Source: Dehalococcoidia bacterium (lineage in GTDB: Bacteria; Chloroflexota; Dehalococcoidia; GIF9; UBA5629). From it: DNA of 64,000 nucleotides. The stretch spans positions 640,207-704,206 of the forward strand of contig JBEKIW010000001.1 in the NCBI GenBank assembly GCA_050011565.1, read 5' to 3'. A program made the translations under genes and the position numbers. Within the stretch, counting starts at the first letter, position 1; each line of letters starts with the position of its first letter. The notes under the pieces are model-generated. The model saw only the letters and a program-made list of their open reading frames with translations. It made no database searches and was not told where the DNA came from. Positions 40,230-47,829 of this stretch are shown piece by piece.

Positions 40230-40636
40230 TAGAAAAGAAGCGTCTGTGTTCCCGTCTAAAAATCTACTGTACATGAGAAACGCTTGTGTCAGGTTGTACA
40301 TAAAGAACGTCAAACCAATTTGGAGTTTGAGCGGACGCCAGAAGTGGCAGCCATGAGCGAGTTCTCTCCTTACTTTACATAATACTTAGAAATAGGCTTG
40401 CACGACCATCCTTTTAAGGAGAAGGGGATACAGGGACGAGGAGGATTGGCTTTGGATCAGCACCATCTTCTGTTTGACTTCTCTCATAATCTCCATCGCA
40501 ATGACACTGGCACTCTTGACACCGTCTTCCTTTCACTAAATCATTACATCTCGTCTTGAATAATACAACAAATTCTCGTGTTATCTGGGTGAACAAACGC
40601 TTGGTTTGTAAAATACCAATAATCATATATGTACCA

Positions 40637-40665
40637 TTGACTTATATTCTAATTTTAGCTACGAT
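40637..40665 (+). promoter_or_regulatory. Promoter-like TTGACT-N17-TACGAT immediately upstream of the hairpin/att repeat, module A/B junction
   Basis: It has the same architecture as the tRNA-Pro promoter. It could drive usp and the DUF1646-like gene. Confidence 0.3.
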
Positions 40666-40677
40666 TTAAAGCTGAAA

Positions 40678-40701
40678 GGAGGCAAGCGGTCTCCGCCTTT
40701 T
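40678..40701 (+). terminator. Conserved hairpin (GGAGGC-aagcg-GTCTCC) plus T-tract element preceding att repeat copy 2
   Basis: The 6-bp stem with 5-nt loop is followed by gccTTTTg. A near-identical element lies at 43612-43637. Confidence 0.35.
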
Positions 40702-40712
40702 GCTTAGCCTGC

Positions 40713-40757
40713 TTTGGGGCCATGAGGTCGGAGGTTCAAATCCTCTCACCCCGACCA
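40713..40757 (+). repeat. Direct repeat of the tRNA-Pro 3' half (att-like, 44/45 identical), copy 2
   Basis: tttggggccatgaggtcggaggttcaaatcctctcaccccgacca matches tRNA-Pro 32628-32672 (tttgggaccatg...). Confidence 0.8.
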
Positions 40758-40794
40758 GGCAAGTCAGCAAGGGATTTCGCCTTCGAGTCTGCTT

Positions 40795-41280
40795 TTGAAA
40801 GGAGCGCAGGTGTATCGTAGAATTATGGTGCCTCTCGATGGCTCTAAACTGGCAGAATGTGTTCTTCCCCATATCGAGGCGATAGCGAAATTAAGCCAGG
40901 CAAGCATCGAGTTAGTTCACGTGATAGAACCTCTTGAATTACCTACTCGCGGGGGCATCGCTTTGAGTATCGACGACTTAAAGCAAATCGAGGTACATAC
41001 CAAAAATGACGCTGAAAGCTATCTCCGTGAAATTGTGGAACGACTAAAACTCGCTGGCATAAAGGCTCGTTCAAAAATACTTACTGGAAAAGCTGCTGAC
41101 AGCCTCATTGACTACATACATAAGAGCAATTTTGACCTTGTCATTATGGCTACTCACGGCCGCTCCGGGATATCCCGGTGGATCTGGGGAAGCGTAGCTG
41201 AAAAGATACTGCACTCTTCCTCGATTCCGGTATTAATAGTGCGGCCTCCGGAATGTATTCCCGGCTCTAAAACTCGTTAA
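40795..41280 (+). CDS. Universal stress protein (UspA family)
   Basis: MVPLDGSKLAECVLPHIEAIAK...VIMATHGRSGISRWIWGSVAEKILHSSSIPVLIV. An RBS (aaaggag) sits upstream, with an alternative GTG start at 40810. Confidence 0.8.
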   Translation: MKGAQVYRRIMVPLDGSKLAECVLPHIEAIAKLSQASIELVHVIEPLELPTRGGIALSIDDLKQIEVHTKNDAESYLREIVERLKLAGIKARSKILTGKAADSLIDYIHKSNFDLVIMATHGRSGISRWIWGSVAEKILHSSSIPVLIVRPPECIPGSKTR

Positions 41281-41397
41281 CCGCTCCCAAATACAACTAA
41301 GGAGACTTCCTGCATCATGGGAGAGGGATTATTTTTATTCATTTACCGATAAGAACTCATATAGTGAATCAACGTATTTAATACTGAGGGATACGAC

Positions 41398-42489
41398 ATG
41401 GAAATTGTTCCCAATGAGCCAGTACTGTATATGGTTATAGGGCTTTCTGTCGTTGTGCTATCTGTACTGGTCCTACCCTTCAGAGTCAAAAAGATCGAGC
41501 AAAACTTAGAGCCATTCTTTCTGGTAATGGGTGTAATTGCAGTAACCATTTCCGGGCTCTGGAACTGGGAACTGGCCAAAGAAGCCCTTAAAGCCCCCGT
41601 AATGATTGGTGCCATCCCTGTAGGAATCTTTCAGGTAGTATTGATATTCGGCCTTCTAGTTCACTACTTCAACAAGGCCTTCTGCAATGGGATTATGTCC
41701 CTGGCTAACAAACTCGGGCCAACCACATTTATTGCCTTATTAATAATTGCGTTAGGGCTTATCTCCAGCGTCGTCTCGGTTATTGTCACAGCTTGTATTC
41801 TGTCGGAAGTCATAGCCGCACTTCCATTTAAAAGAAGCGACAAGATAAAGATAGTGGTAGTTACCTGCTTTGCGATGGGTCTGGGTGCAGGCTTAACCCC
41901 TCTGGGTGAACCTCTTTCCACAATCCTGGTTCAAAAGTTAGCCGGGCCACCATATAATGCTGGCTTCCTATTCCCGTTTCAAAATCTCGGTATCTACATA
42001 ATTCCAGGCGTTATAGCTCTAGCTGTTTTCGGAGCCATACTTATTGGCCGAAAGGTAAATTTAAAGGCAGAGGATATTGAGTCTGAATACAATGAGACTC
42101 TTAAAACAGTCATCATCAGAGCAGTTAAAGTTTATATTTTCGTCGCTGCTCTAATACTGCTCGGTGAAGGTTTAAAGCCATTAATCGTGTGGTATTTCAC
42201 TAAGATTCCGGCCTGGGCACTGTTCTGGATTAATTCACTGTCAGCAATTCTCGATAATGCCACTTTGACCGCAGTGGAGATAGGCCCGACTATGGCTATG
42301 CCCCAAATTATCAGCGCTGTTATGGCTCTACTCATTGCCGGAGGCATGCTGATACCAGGCAATATTCCAAACATAGTAGCCGCTGGGAGACTTAAAATAA
42401 AGATGAAGGAATGGGCAATAATCGGAGTGCCTATCGGACTAGCTCTAATGATTATCTATTTCGCAGTACTGATACCACTTCTCTTTTGA
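41398..42489 (+). CDS. Polytopic membrane protein, putative cation transporter (DUF1646-like)
   Basis: It has ~10 TM helices. The N-terminal pattern KKIEQNLEPFFLVMGVIAVTISGLW resembles DUF1646. I assigned the family from memory. Confidence 0.45.
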   Translation: MEIVPNEPVLYMVIGLSVVVLSVLVLPFRVKKIEQNLEPFFLVMGVIAVTISGLWNWELAKEALKAPVMIGAIPVGIFQVVLIFGLLVHYFNKAFCNGIMSLANKLGPTTFIALLIIALGLISSVVSVIVTACILSEVIAALPFKRSDKIKIVVVTCFAMGLGAGLTPLGEPLSTILVQKLAGPPYNAGFLFPFQNLGIYIIPGVIALAVFGAILIGRKVNLKAEDIESEYNETLKTVIIRAVKVYIFVAALILLGEGLKPLIVWYFTKIPAWALFWINSLSAILDNATLTAVEIGPTMAMPQIISAVMALLIAGGMLIPGNIPNIVAAGRLKIKMKEWAIIGVPIGLALMIIYFAVLIPLLF

Positions 42490-42593
42490 AAAGGTATAGC
42501 GTAATGTTACATTCCGATCACTGTGAAGGAATATTGAAGGATAAATAAGATTGCGCTATACTCATCTTTGTAGGTGGCAGTAGCAGGGTTTAA

Positions 42594-43532
42594 ATGATGA
42601 CTAGAATATTTATGTTGTGTCTATTCGCCGTCTTACTAATAGTTGGTGCTTGTACTACTCCACCGGAGCAAAAGGCCGTGGACGGCGTGACAAGCGGTAC
42701 AAGCGGTACTAAATATTTCCTTTACGGCGTCTGGGGCAACTCTTCCTCAGACATCTTCGCCGGGGGATTTAATGGCACCATCCTTCACTACAACGGTAAG
42801 ACGTGGGGTGCCATGACAAGCGGCACCACAAACGCCATTTATGACATCTGGGGTAACTCCTCCTCGGACATCTTCGCCGTGGGGAGAGATGGTACCATAC
42901 TTTATTACGACGGCAAGGCCTGGGGTGCTATGATAAGTGGAACCATACAAAACCTTTATGGCACCTGGGGCAGTTCCTCCTCAGACATCTTTGCCGTTGG
43001 TAGTGGTGGCACCATCCTTCACTATGGCGGCGAGACTTGGGGCACTATGAAAAGCGGCACCGCAAACGCCCTTTATTATATCTGGGGCAGTTCCTCCTCA
43101 GATGTCTTCGCCGGGGGATTTAATGGCACCATACTGCATTACGATGGCAAGGCCTAGGGCACTATGATAAGTGGAACGGTAAATGACCTTTATGGCATCT
43201 GGGGTAGTTCCTCCTTAGACGTCTTTGCCGTTGGGAGTGGTGGCACCATCCTGCACTACGATGGCAAAGCCTGGTACGCCATGACAAGCGGAACCATAAA
43301 TGATCTTTGGTGCATCTGGGGTAGCTCCTCCTCAGATGTCTTCGCCGTGGGATTTAATGGCACCATTCTTGAGTGCGATGGCGACACTTGGAGCGCCATG
43401 ACAAGCGGCACCACAAACGCCCTTTATTACATCTGGGGTAGCTCCTCCTTAGATGTCTTCGCCGTGGGGTTTAAAGGCACCATCCTACACTACGACGGTA
43501 AGGCCTGGGGCACCATCACAGGCAACAATTAA
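42594..43532 (+). pseudogene. Repeat-containing predicted beta-propeller lipoprotein, interrupted by an in-frame TAG at 43155-43157
   Basis: It has a signal peptide with lipobox (LLIVGAC) and ~8 tandem ~41-aa repeats (IWGSSSSDVFAVG..GTILHYDGKAWGAMTSGT). ORF 42594..43157 and ORF 43164..43532 share a frame. The repeat consensus ...DGKAW... reads ...DGKA*... here, a TGG to TAG change. Confidence 0.6.
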
Positions 43533-43571
43533 CAATAGTCAAAAAGTGTAGGAGATGTAATCCAAACGATG

Positions 43572-43600
43572 TTGACTATTCCTTCCCACGTCCATATAAT
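43572..43600 (+). promoter_or_regulatory. Consensus sigma70-like promoter TTGACT-N17-TATAAT upstream of hairpin/att repeat copy 3. It points toward the convergent lexA cassette.
   Basis: Both hexamers and the 17-nt spacer are perfect. No plus-strand gene lies downstream. Confidence 0.35.
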
Positions 43601-43611
43601 TTGAAACGGAA

Positions 43612-43637
43612 GGAGGCAAGCGATCTCCGCCTTTTTT
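43612..43637 (+). terminator. Conserved hairpin plus T6 element (second copy). It is a possible terminator for the beta-propeller gene and/or an element-end motif.
   Basis: ggaggcaagcgatctccgccttttttg. It is homologous to 40678-40701. Confidence 0.4.
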
Positions 43638-43646
43638 GTAGCTTGC

Positions 43647-43692
43647 TTTGAGACCATGAGGTCGGAGGTTCAAATCATTTCACCCCGGACCA
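43647..43692 (+). repeat. Degenerate direct repeat of the tRNA-Pro 3' half (att-like), copy 3
   Basis: tttgagaccatgaggtcggaggttcaaatcatttcaccccggacca. It has ~4 differences plus a 1-nt insertion relative to the tRNA 3' half. Confidence 0.7.
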
Positions 43693-43726
43693 TAGATTGT
43701 AAGCCTTTCCGTTCATGAACCCACAT

Positions 43727-44014
43727 CTACTGGCAGAAAGGGCACTTCACAGAAGAGCCGATTACTGTAGCTTTAACATGTATCCTGCCGTGACGACTGC
43801 AGGTGAGCTGATAGTAAGCTCGAACTACTTTAGTGCTGGTATCTTCCAATACTGCCGGGGCCGGGAAATAACTCATATTGTAAAACGTCTCTTTTTTCCC
43901 ATTGCCGTTATATGAGGCGCCACATTTGGGACATTTGGTGGCATCGGGTAATGCAATGCAACCGCACCTCGAACATTGGATTGTGTCTTTTACTACCTGT
44001 ACCATTTTGAGCAA
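43727..44014 (-). CDS. Small zinc-ribbon protein (CxxC...CxxC N-terminal, CPFC C-terminal), 95 aa
   Basis: It carries CSRCGC...CPKCG and a C-terminal CPFCQ. A strong RBS (GGGAGGAGG) sits ~10 nt upstream. It lies downstream of lexA on the same strand. Confidence 0.5.
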   Translation of the reverse strand: MLKMVQVVKDTIQCSRCGCIALPDATKCPKCGASYNGNGKKETFYNMSYFPAPAVLEDTSTKVVRAYYQLTCSRHGRIHVKATVIGSSVKCPFCQ

Positions 44015-44087
44015 ACCTCCTCCCTTAAAGCAACGACATCAAATTACGTTCAACACTTGTCCTATCGATGATTTGCGGGCTTAAGCC

Positions 44088-44339
44088 CTACTCGCAAATC
44101 CGTCCTAGATACCAGGAATTGGACGCTGTGTCGCGATAAATATCATAAAGACCTTTGCTGGTCCTGACTCTAAAGTAGTTCTTTAAATTTTCCTGTTCAA
44201 AAAGCTGTTCTGATACCCGCCACTGCTGGTATATTCTGTTTACACGCTCAGCTTTGCCATTCCTGCTGATAGTCAGTGGCGTGCCCTCGATATTAGCGGT
44301 TACCCTTAACTCCTCCGGTTTTTCAAGCAGTTTAGCCAT
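44088..44339 (-). CDS. Stand-alone DUF4113-like protein (resembles the C-terminal domain of ImuB), 83 aa
   Basis: TISRNGKAERVNRIYQQWRVSEQ...NYFRVRTSKGLYDIYRDTASNSWYLGRI resembles the ImuB C-terminal pattern (F.WRG..H.V.......EWW...DYFRV....G...W..RD....WYLHG), recalled from memory. A GGAGG RBS sits 6 nt upstream. Confidence 0.45.
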   Translation of the reverse strand: MAKLLEKPEELRVTANIEGTPLTISRNGKAERVNRIYQQWRVSEQLFEQENLKNYFRVRTSKGLYDIYRDTASNSWYLGRICE

Positions 44340-44394
44340 TTCGAACCTCCGTAATTTATTTTAGTAAAGACAACTATGGCCTCTTATTCTCGAT

Positions 44395-45021
44395 TCATAG
44401 TTTTCTGATAACCCCAACGACCTTCCCCTGGACCTCAACATTTTGGGGATTGACATAGAGCGGCTTCATACTGGCATTAGACGGCTGAAGGCGAATCATC
44501 TCTTTCTCTCGAAAGAGCCTCTTGAGAGTAACTTCCTGCTTGTCTTTTAGCCAGACAGCAACCATATCGCCATCATCAGCTGTTTGTGCCGCTTCCATTA
44601 AGACAATATCACCGTCATCAATTAACGCGTCTACCATAGAAAGGCCTTTAACTTTCAAGGCATAGACTTCCTTCCCGGTAATCAGATCCTCGGTTAGATC
44701 TAATGCCTCTGCGGCATCTTTTTGCCATGTATCTGAATCGGGTACAGGTATGGGCTCGCCAGCGGCAATGTAGCCTAAAAGCGGCACTCTAACAATATGT
44801 TTCCTGTCAAGGAGTTGGATGCTTCTAAAAATCTCCGGGTCCCGATGTATGTGGCCTTCTCTTTCCAGTATGTTCAGATGATGTTGAACGACCGCGGTTG
44901 AGCTGATATTGCAGCCCTTCAATATATCTCTAACTGTGGGTGCGTAACCTATGTCTTCAATAAAAGCGCGGATAAACTTAAATATCCGCTGTCTGGTCTC
45001 ACTTACACCCGGCTTTCTCAC
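44395..45021 (-). CDS. lexA: LexA repressor (S24 peptidase)
   Basis: It has a winged-helix N-terminus, an Ala-Gly cleavage site (GYIAAGEPIPV), and the catalytic Ser (LKVKGLSMVD) and Lys (VTLKRL). It has a GTG start with an aagga RBS. Confidence 0.85.
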   Translation of the reverse strand: MRKPGVSETRQRIFKFIRAFIEDIGYAPTVRDILKGCNISSTAVVQHHLNILEREGHIHRDPEIFRSIQLLDRKHIVRVPLLGYIAAGEPIPVPDSDTWQKDAAEALDLTEDLITGKEVYALKVKGLSMVDALIDDGDIVLMEAAQTADDGDMVAVWLKDKQEVTLKRLFREKEMIRLQPSNASMKPLYVNPQNVEVQGKVVGVIRKL

Positions 45022-45040
45022 TTGATTTCCTTATTTAAAC

Positions 45041-45098
45041 ACATGTTTTACAAACTAGTGTGTTACAAACCATTGTTCTACAAACAAGTGTACACAAC
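45041..45098. repeat. Three to four tandem 15-bp direct repeats (nnnTGTTnTACAAAC) immediately upstream of lexA. They are a candidate operator array.
   Basis: acatgttttacaaac / tagtgtgttacaaac / cattgttctacaaac / aagtgtacacaac. Each unit contains short inverted arms (GTTT..AAAC-like). No canonical GAAC-N4-GTTC box was seen. Confidence 0.5.
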
Positions 45099-45248
45099 TT
45101 TTTGTCGGTTGTCAAGCCCTCTGAAGCAGATTTTGGTGTAAAATTGCGGAAATGAACAAAAAATGTGGTAGATGTTTACCGGAATTAGGCCTTCATGCCT
45201 AAATGGATGTCAGCAGGAGGGGAACAGTCATAAATCGACAAACGATTT

Positions 45249-45866
45249 TTACGTCTTTACCAGTTTAATGCCTTTATTGAAAGCTACTAAATTGGTTTCG
45301 ATTTCCTTAGGAAATGTCTCACGCAACACAGGTTCTACCGACTTTTTATCTAGCGGCAATACACCGGAGCCTATTAGGGCACCGATGAGAATCGCGTTGG
45401 CAAACATATGGCTTCCCATTTTCTGTGCTTCCTCGGTGGCATTTATAAGCCATGTTTGAGATGACAACTCCTTTACCGTCTCAATTAGCTTATCTAAATC
45501 TGGATATTGAGCGTGGCCGCCGGTGACATCAATGGAATATATGGGCCTCGGGTTAATTATGGTGATAACATTCGGATTACCATATTTCCCGAGCATCCGC
45601 AGTGTTTCCACAGGCTCCATACCGAGGATAATATCAGCACAACCCTCGGGAATAAACGGGCTGTACTGGGTTTCTTTAGAGATTCTCATATGGCTCATGA
45701 CCGGCCCGCCACGTTGGGATGCGCCATAGGTCTCGCCAACAGTCACGAAGAAGCCATCCCTCACAAATGCATTGCCGATAATTAAGGAAATCATCACGTT
45801 GCCTTGTCCCCCGACACCGGTAATAATCAGGTTTAATGGGTCTTTCGTCAACTGTTTTTTTGTCAT
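45249..45866 (-). CDS. iorB: Indolepyruvate:ferredoxin oxidoreductase beta subunit
   Basis: It starts MTKKQLTKDPLNLIITGVGGQGNVMISLIIG. Its start overlaps the iorA stop (ATGA). Confidence 0.8.
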   Translation of the reverse strand: MTKKQLTKDPLNLIITGVGGQGNVMISLIIGNAFVRDGFFVTVGETYGASQRGGPVMSHMRISKETQYSPFIPEGCADIILGMEPVETLRMLGKYGNPNVITIINPRPIYSIDVTGGHAQYPDLDKLIETVKELSSQTWLINATEEAQKMGSHMFANAILIGALIGSGVLPLDKKSVEPVLRETFPKEIETNLVAFNKGIKLVKT

Positions 45867-47800
45867 GCTGCCTCCCTTATGATAGCTCCTTGCGGGCAGA
45901 CGTCCGCGCAAACGCCACATCCGGAACAAATAACCTCGTCTATCCTGGATTTACCGGCTTTCTTATCCCATATAAGTCCCGGGCAGAGGAAAATTCTGGT
46001 ACATAGTCTGTCGCAGCCACAAGCTTCGCCGATGCACTTCTCGGCATCAATATGCACCTTGTAGGGTGTTTTTTCCTTTTTGGCTCTGACCAGTTCGCAA
46101 CTGCGGCGCATTATAGCCACTTTAGCGCCTCCGTCCTCAGCCATCATCTTCAATAATGTATTAGTAGTACCTTTCAAGTCGAAGGGGTCGCAGACCTCAA
46201 CATGCGCGCCCAAAGAGCGGCATAGAGCTTCCATGCTCACCACCTTGGTCGGCTCCCCCATAGCAGTCATTCCGGTGCCCGGATGAGGTTGAAAGCCGGT
46301 CATAGCCGTGGCACTGTTGTCCAGAATAACAAGTATAAACTTAGATTGATTATAAATACCGTTTATCAATGCCGGAATAGTAGCGTGATAGAAAGTGGAA
46401 TCCCCAACTACAGCAATCACCGGCTGGTCAAAGCCAAACTGTCCTAGCTTACCCAAACCGTTAGCCACACCGGCTCCACCGCCCATGCAGTGCATTGTCC
46501 TGACCTGAAAGAAGCCGGCAGGTCCCAATGCCAGGGAGTAACATCCTATATCGCCTGTAACGAAACCATCACGCCCATCTAGCTTAAGCGCGTTCTTAAT
46601 CGACCAGAACGTAGCACGATGTGGACAGCCAGCACAAAAGGTCATGCTCCTTTCCGGAACGCTGCTCTTAACCAGAGCTTCCGCTTTTTTGCTGTATTGG
46701 ATGTCACGAGGTTGGTATGTCAACCCTAATATCGTGGATATAGCCTTGATGACCATATCCGGATTTAGCTCCCCGTAGGCATTTATGTGCCCTGAACGCT
46801 TTCCATAAAAGGTAGGGCGTATAGCGTTTGGAGGTAAATTGCCGGCTAATTCCATAACGCTCCGCTCCAGGAAAGGATCAATTTCTTCTACAAATAAAAC
46901 TTTATCCGATTTATTCAGGTGCTCCGTAACAAACTTCTCCGGCAGCGGCCACAGCGTCCCCAGTTTGAGAATACCCACCCTGTCTCTCAGTTTTAGCGCC
47001 TCTATGGCATCCTGAGAGTAAAGCCAGCAACTACCGCTGGTTATAATCAGCAGATCCGACTTATCGGGCCCCGCATATCGATTAAACGGCGATGATTCGA
47101 ACTTCTCACGTGCCTTGTCTAGCTTCATGTGTAAGAAGAAATGGCGCAAGGAACTCGGCATCGGCATGAATGTGGTTGGCATTACGTTTTTCAAATCGTG
47201 TATCTGGTCGAAATGAGCCTTATGCTGTTTCGCCGGCAGTTCACCTAGCTTTACATTACCTCGGGCATGAGCAATACGAGTCACACTGCGTAATATACAA
47301 AGGGTACCCAATTCTTCAGCCAGGTCAAAGAGCCATTTTGTCATATCTTTGGCCTCTTGAAAGTCACCCGGTTCTACCAGCGGAATGTCCAACCATTTGG
47401 CTATCGGCCGTGTATCCTGCTCATTAGAGCTGGATATAGCCGACGGGTCATCGCAGCTCACTAAAACCAGGCCTCCTTTGCCCGTACCGCTCATAACCAG
47501 GTTTGCCAGAAAATCAGAAACCACATTTATCCCGTTCTGTTTCATAGCAGCCAGAGCTCTAATGCCGGCAAAGGAAGCACCGGCGGCAGCTTCCATGGCC
47601 ACCATCTCATTTATCGACCATTCTGCGTATATACCTATCTTCTTAGCTACCTGAGCTAAGCTGCCTAGAATTTCCGATGATGGCGTGCCCGGATAGGCAG
47701 CGGCAAATCCTATACCAGCCTCCAGTGCTCCCCGGGCAATAGCTTCGTTACCAATAAAGAGCTGGCTGGTGCCAGGTGCATCTATCTCGATATTCGCCAT
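45863..47800 (-). CDS. iorA: Indolepyruvate:ferredoxin oxidoreductase alpha subunit (TPP-binding, C-terminal 2x[4Fe-4S])
   Basis: It is 645 aa. The N-terminus is MANIEIDAPGTSQLFIGNEAIARGALEAG, a TPP motif GDSTFYH is present, and C-terminal CxxCxxCxxxCP motifs follow. Confidence 0.85.
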   Translation of the reverse strand: MANIEIDAPGTSQLFIGNEAIARGALEAGIGFAAAYPGTPSSEILGSLAQVAKKIGIYAEWSINEMVAMEAAAGASFAGIRALAAMKQNGINVVSDFLANLVMSGTGKGGLVLVSCDDPSAISSSNEQDTRPIAKWLDIPLVEPGDFQEAKDMTKWLFDLAEELGTLCILRSVTRIAHARGNVKLGELPAKQHKAHFDQIHDLKNVMPTTFMPMPSSLRHFFLHMKLDKAREKFESSPFNRYAGPDKSDLLIITSGSCWLYSQDAIEALKLRDRVGILKLGTLWPLPEKFVTEHLNKSDKVLFVEEIDPFLERSVMELAGNLPPNAIRPTFYGKRSGHINAYGELNPDMVIKAISTILGLTYQPRDIQYSKKAEALVKSSVPERSMTFCAGCPHRATFWSIKNALKLDGRDGFVTGDIGCYSLALGPAGFFQVRTMHCMGGGAGVANGLGKLGQFGFDQPVIAVVGDSTFYHATIPALINGIYNQSKFILVILDNSATAMTGFQPHPGTGMTAMGEPTKVVSMEALCRSLGAHVEVCDPFDLKGTTNTLLKMMAEDGGAKVAIMRRSCELVRAKKEKTPYKVHIDAEKCIGEACGCDRLCTRIFLCPGLIWDKKAGKSRIDEVICSGCGVCADVCPQGAIIREAA

Positions 47801-47829
47801 AACACTTACCTCCTTGTTTCCGACACCTG

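Larger units (their letters stand above)
32673..43692. mobile_element. tRNA-Pro-associated integrated region (genomic island remnant). It has two tandem modules (32673-40757 and 40758-43692) bounded by direct repeats of the tRNA 3' half. No integrase is present.
   Basis: There are three direct copies of the ~45-nt tRNA-Pro 3' half: an identical start, a 44/45 copy at 40713-40757 and a ~41/46 copy at 43647-43692. The region has lower GC in places and sensory/stress cargo genes. Confidence 0.5.

Noticed and set aside
40414-40626. Cys-rich 70-aa ORF (CQECQCHCDGD) on the minus strand in the ICMT-usp intergenic region
   Set aside because: It has no RBS, no homologue that I recognise and a low-complexity tail. 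It is possibly real, but the evidence is insufficient.
40713-40757. Possible additional tRNA-Pro genes at 40713-40757 and 43647-43692
   Set aside because: Only the 3' half (anticodon loop to CCA) is present. No complementary 5' acceptor strand (CGGGGTG) exists upstream, so these are att-type partial duplications, not functional tRNAs.
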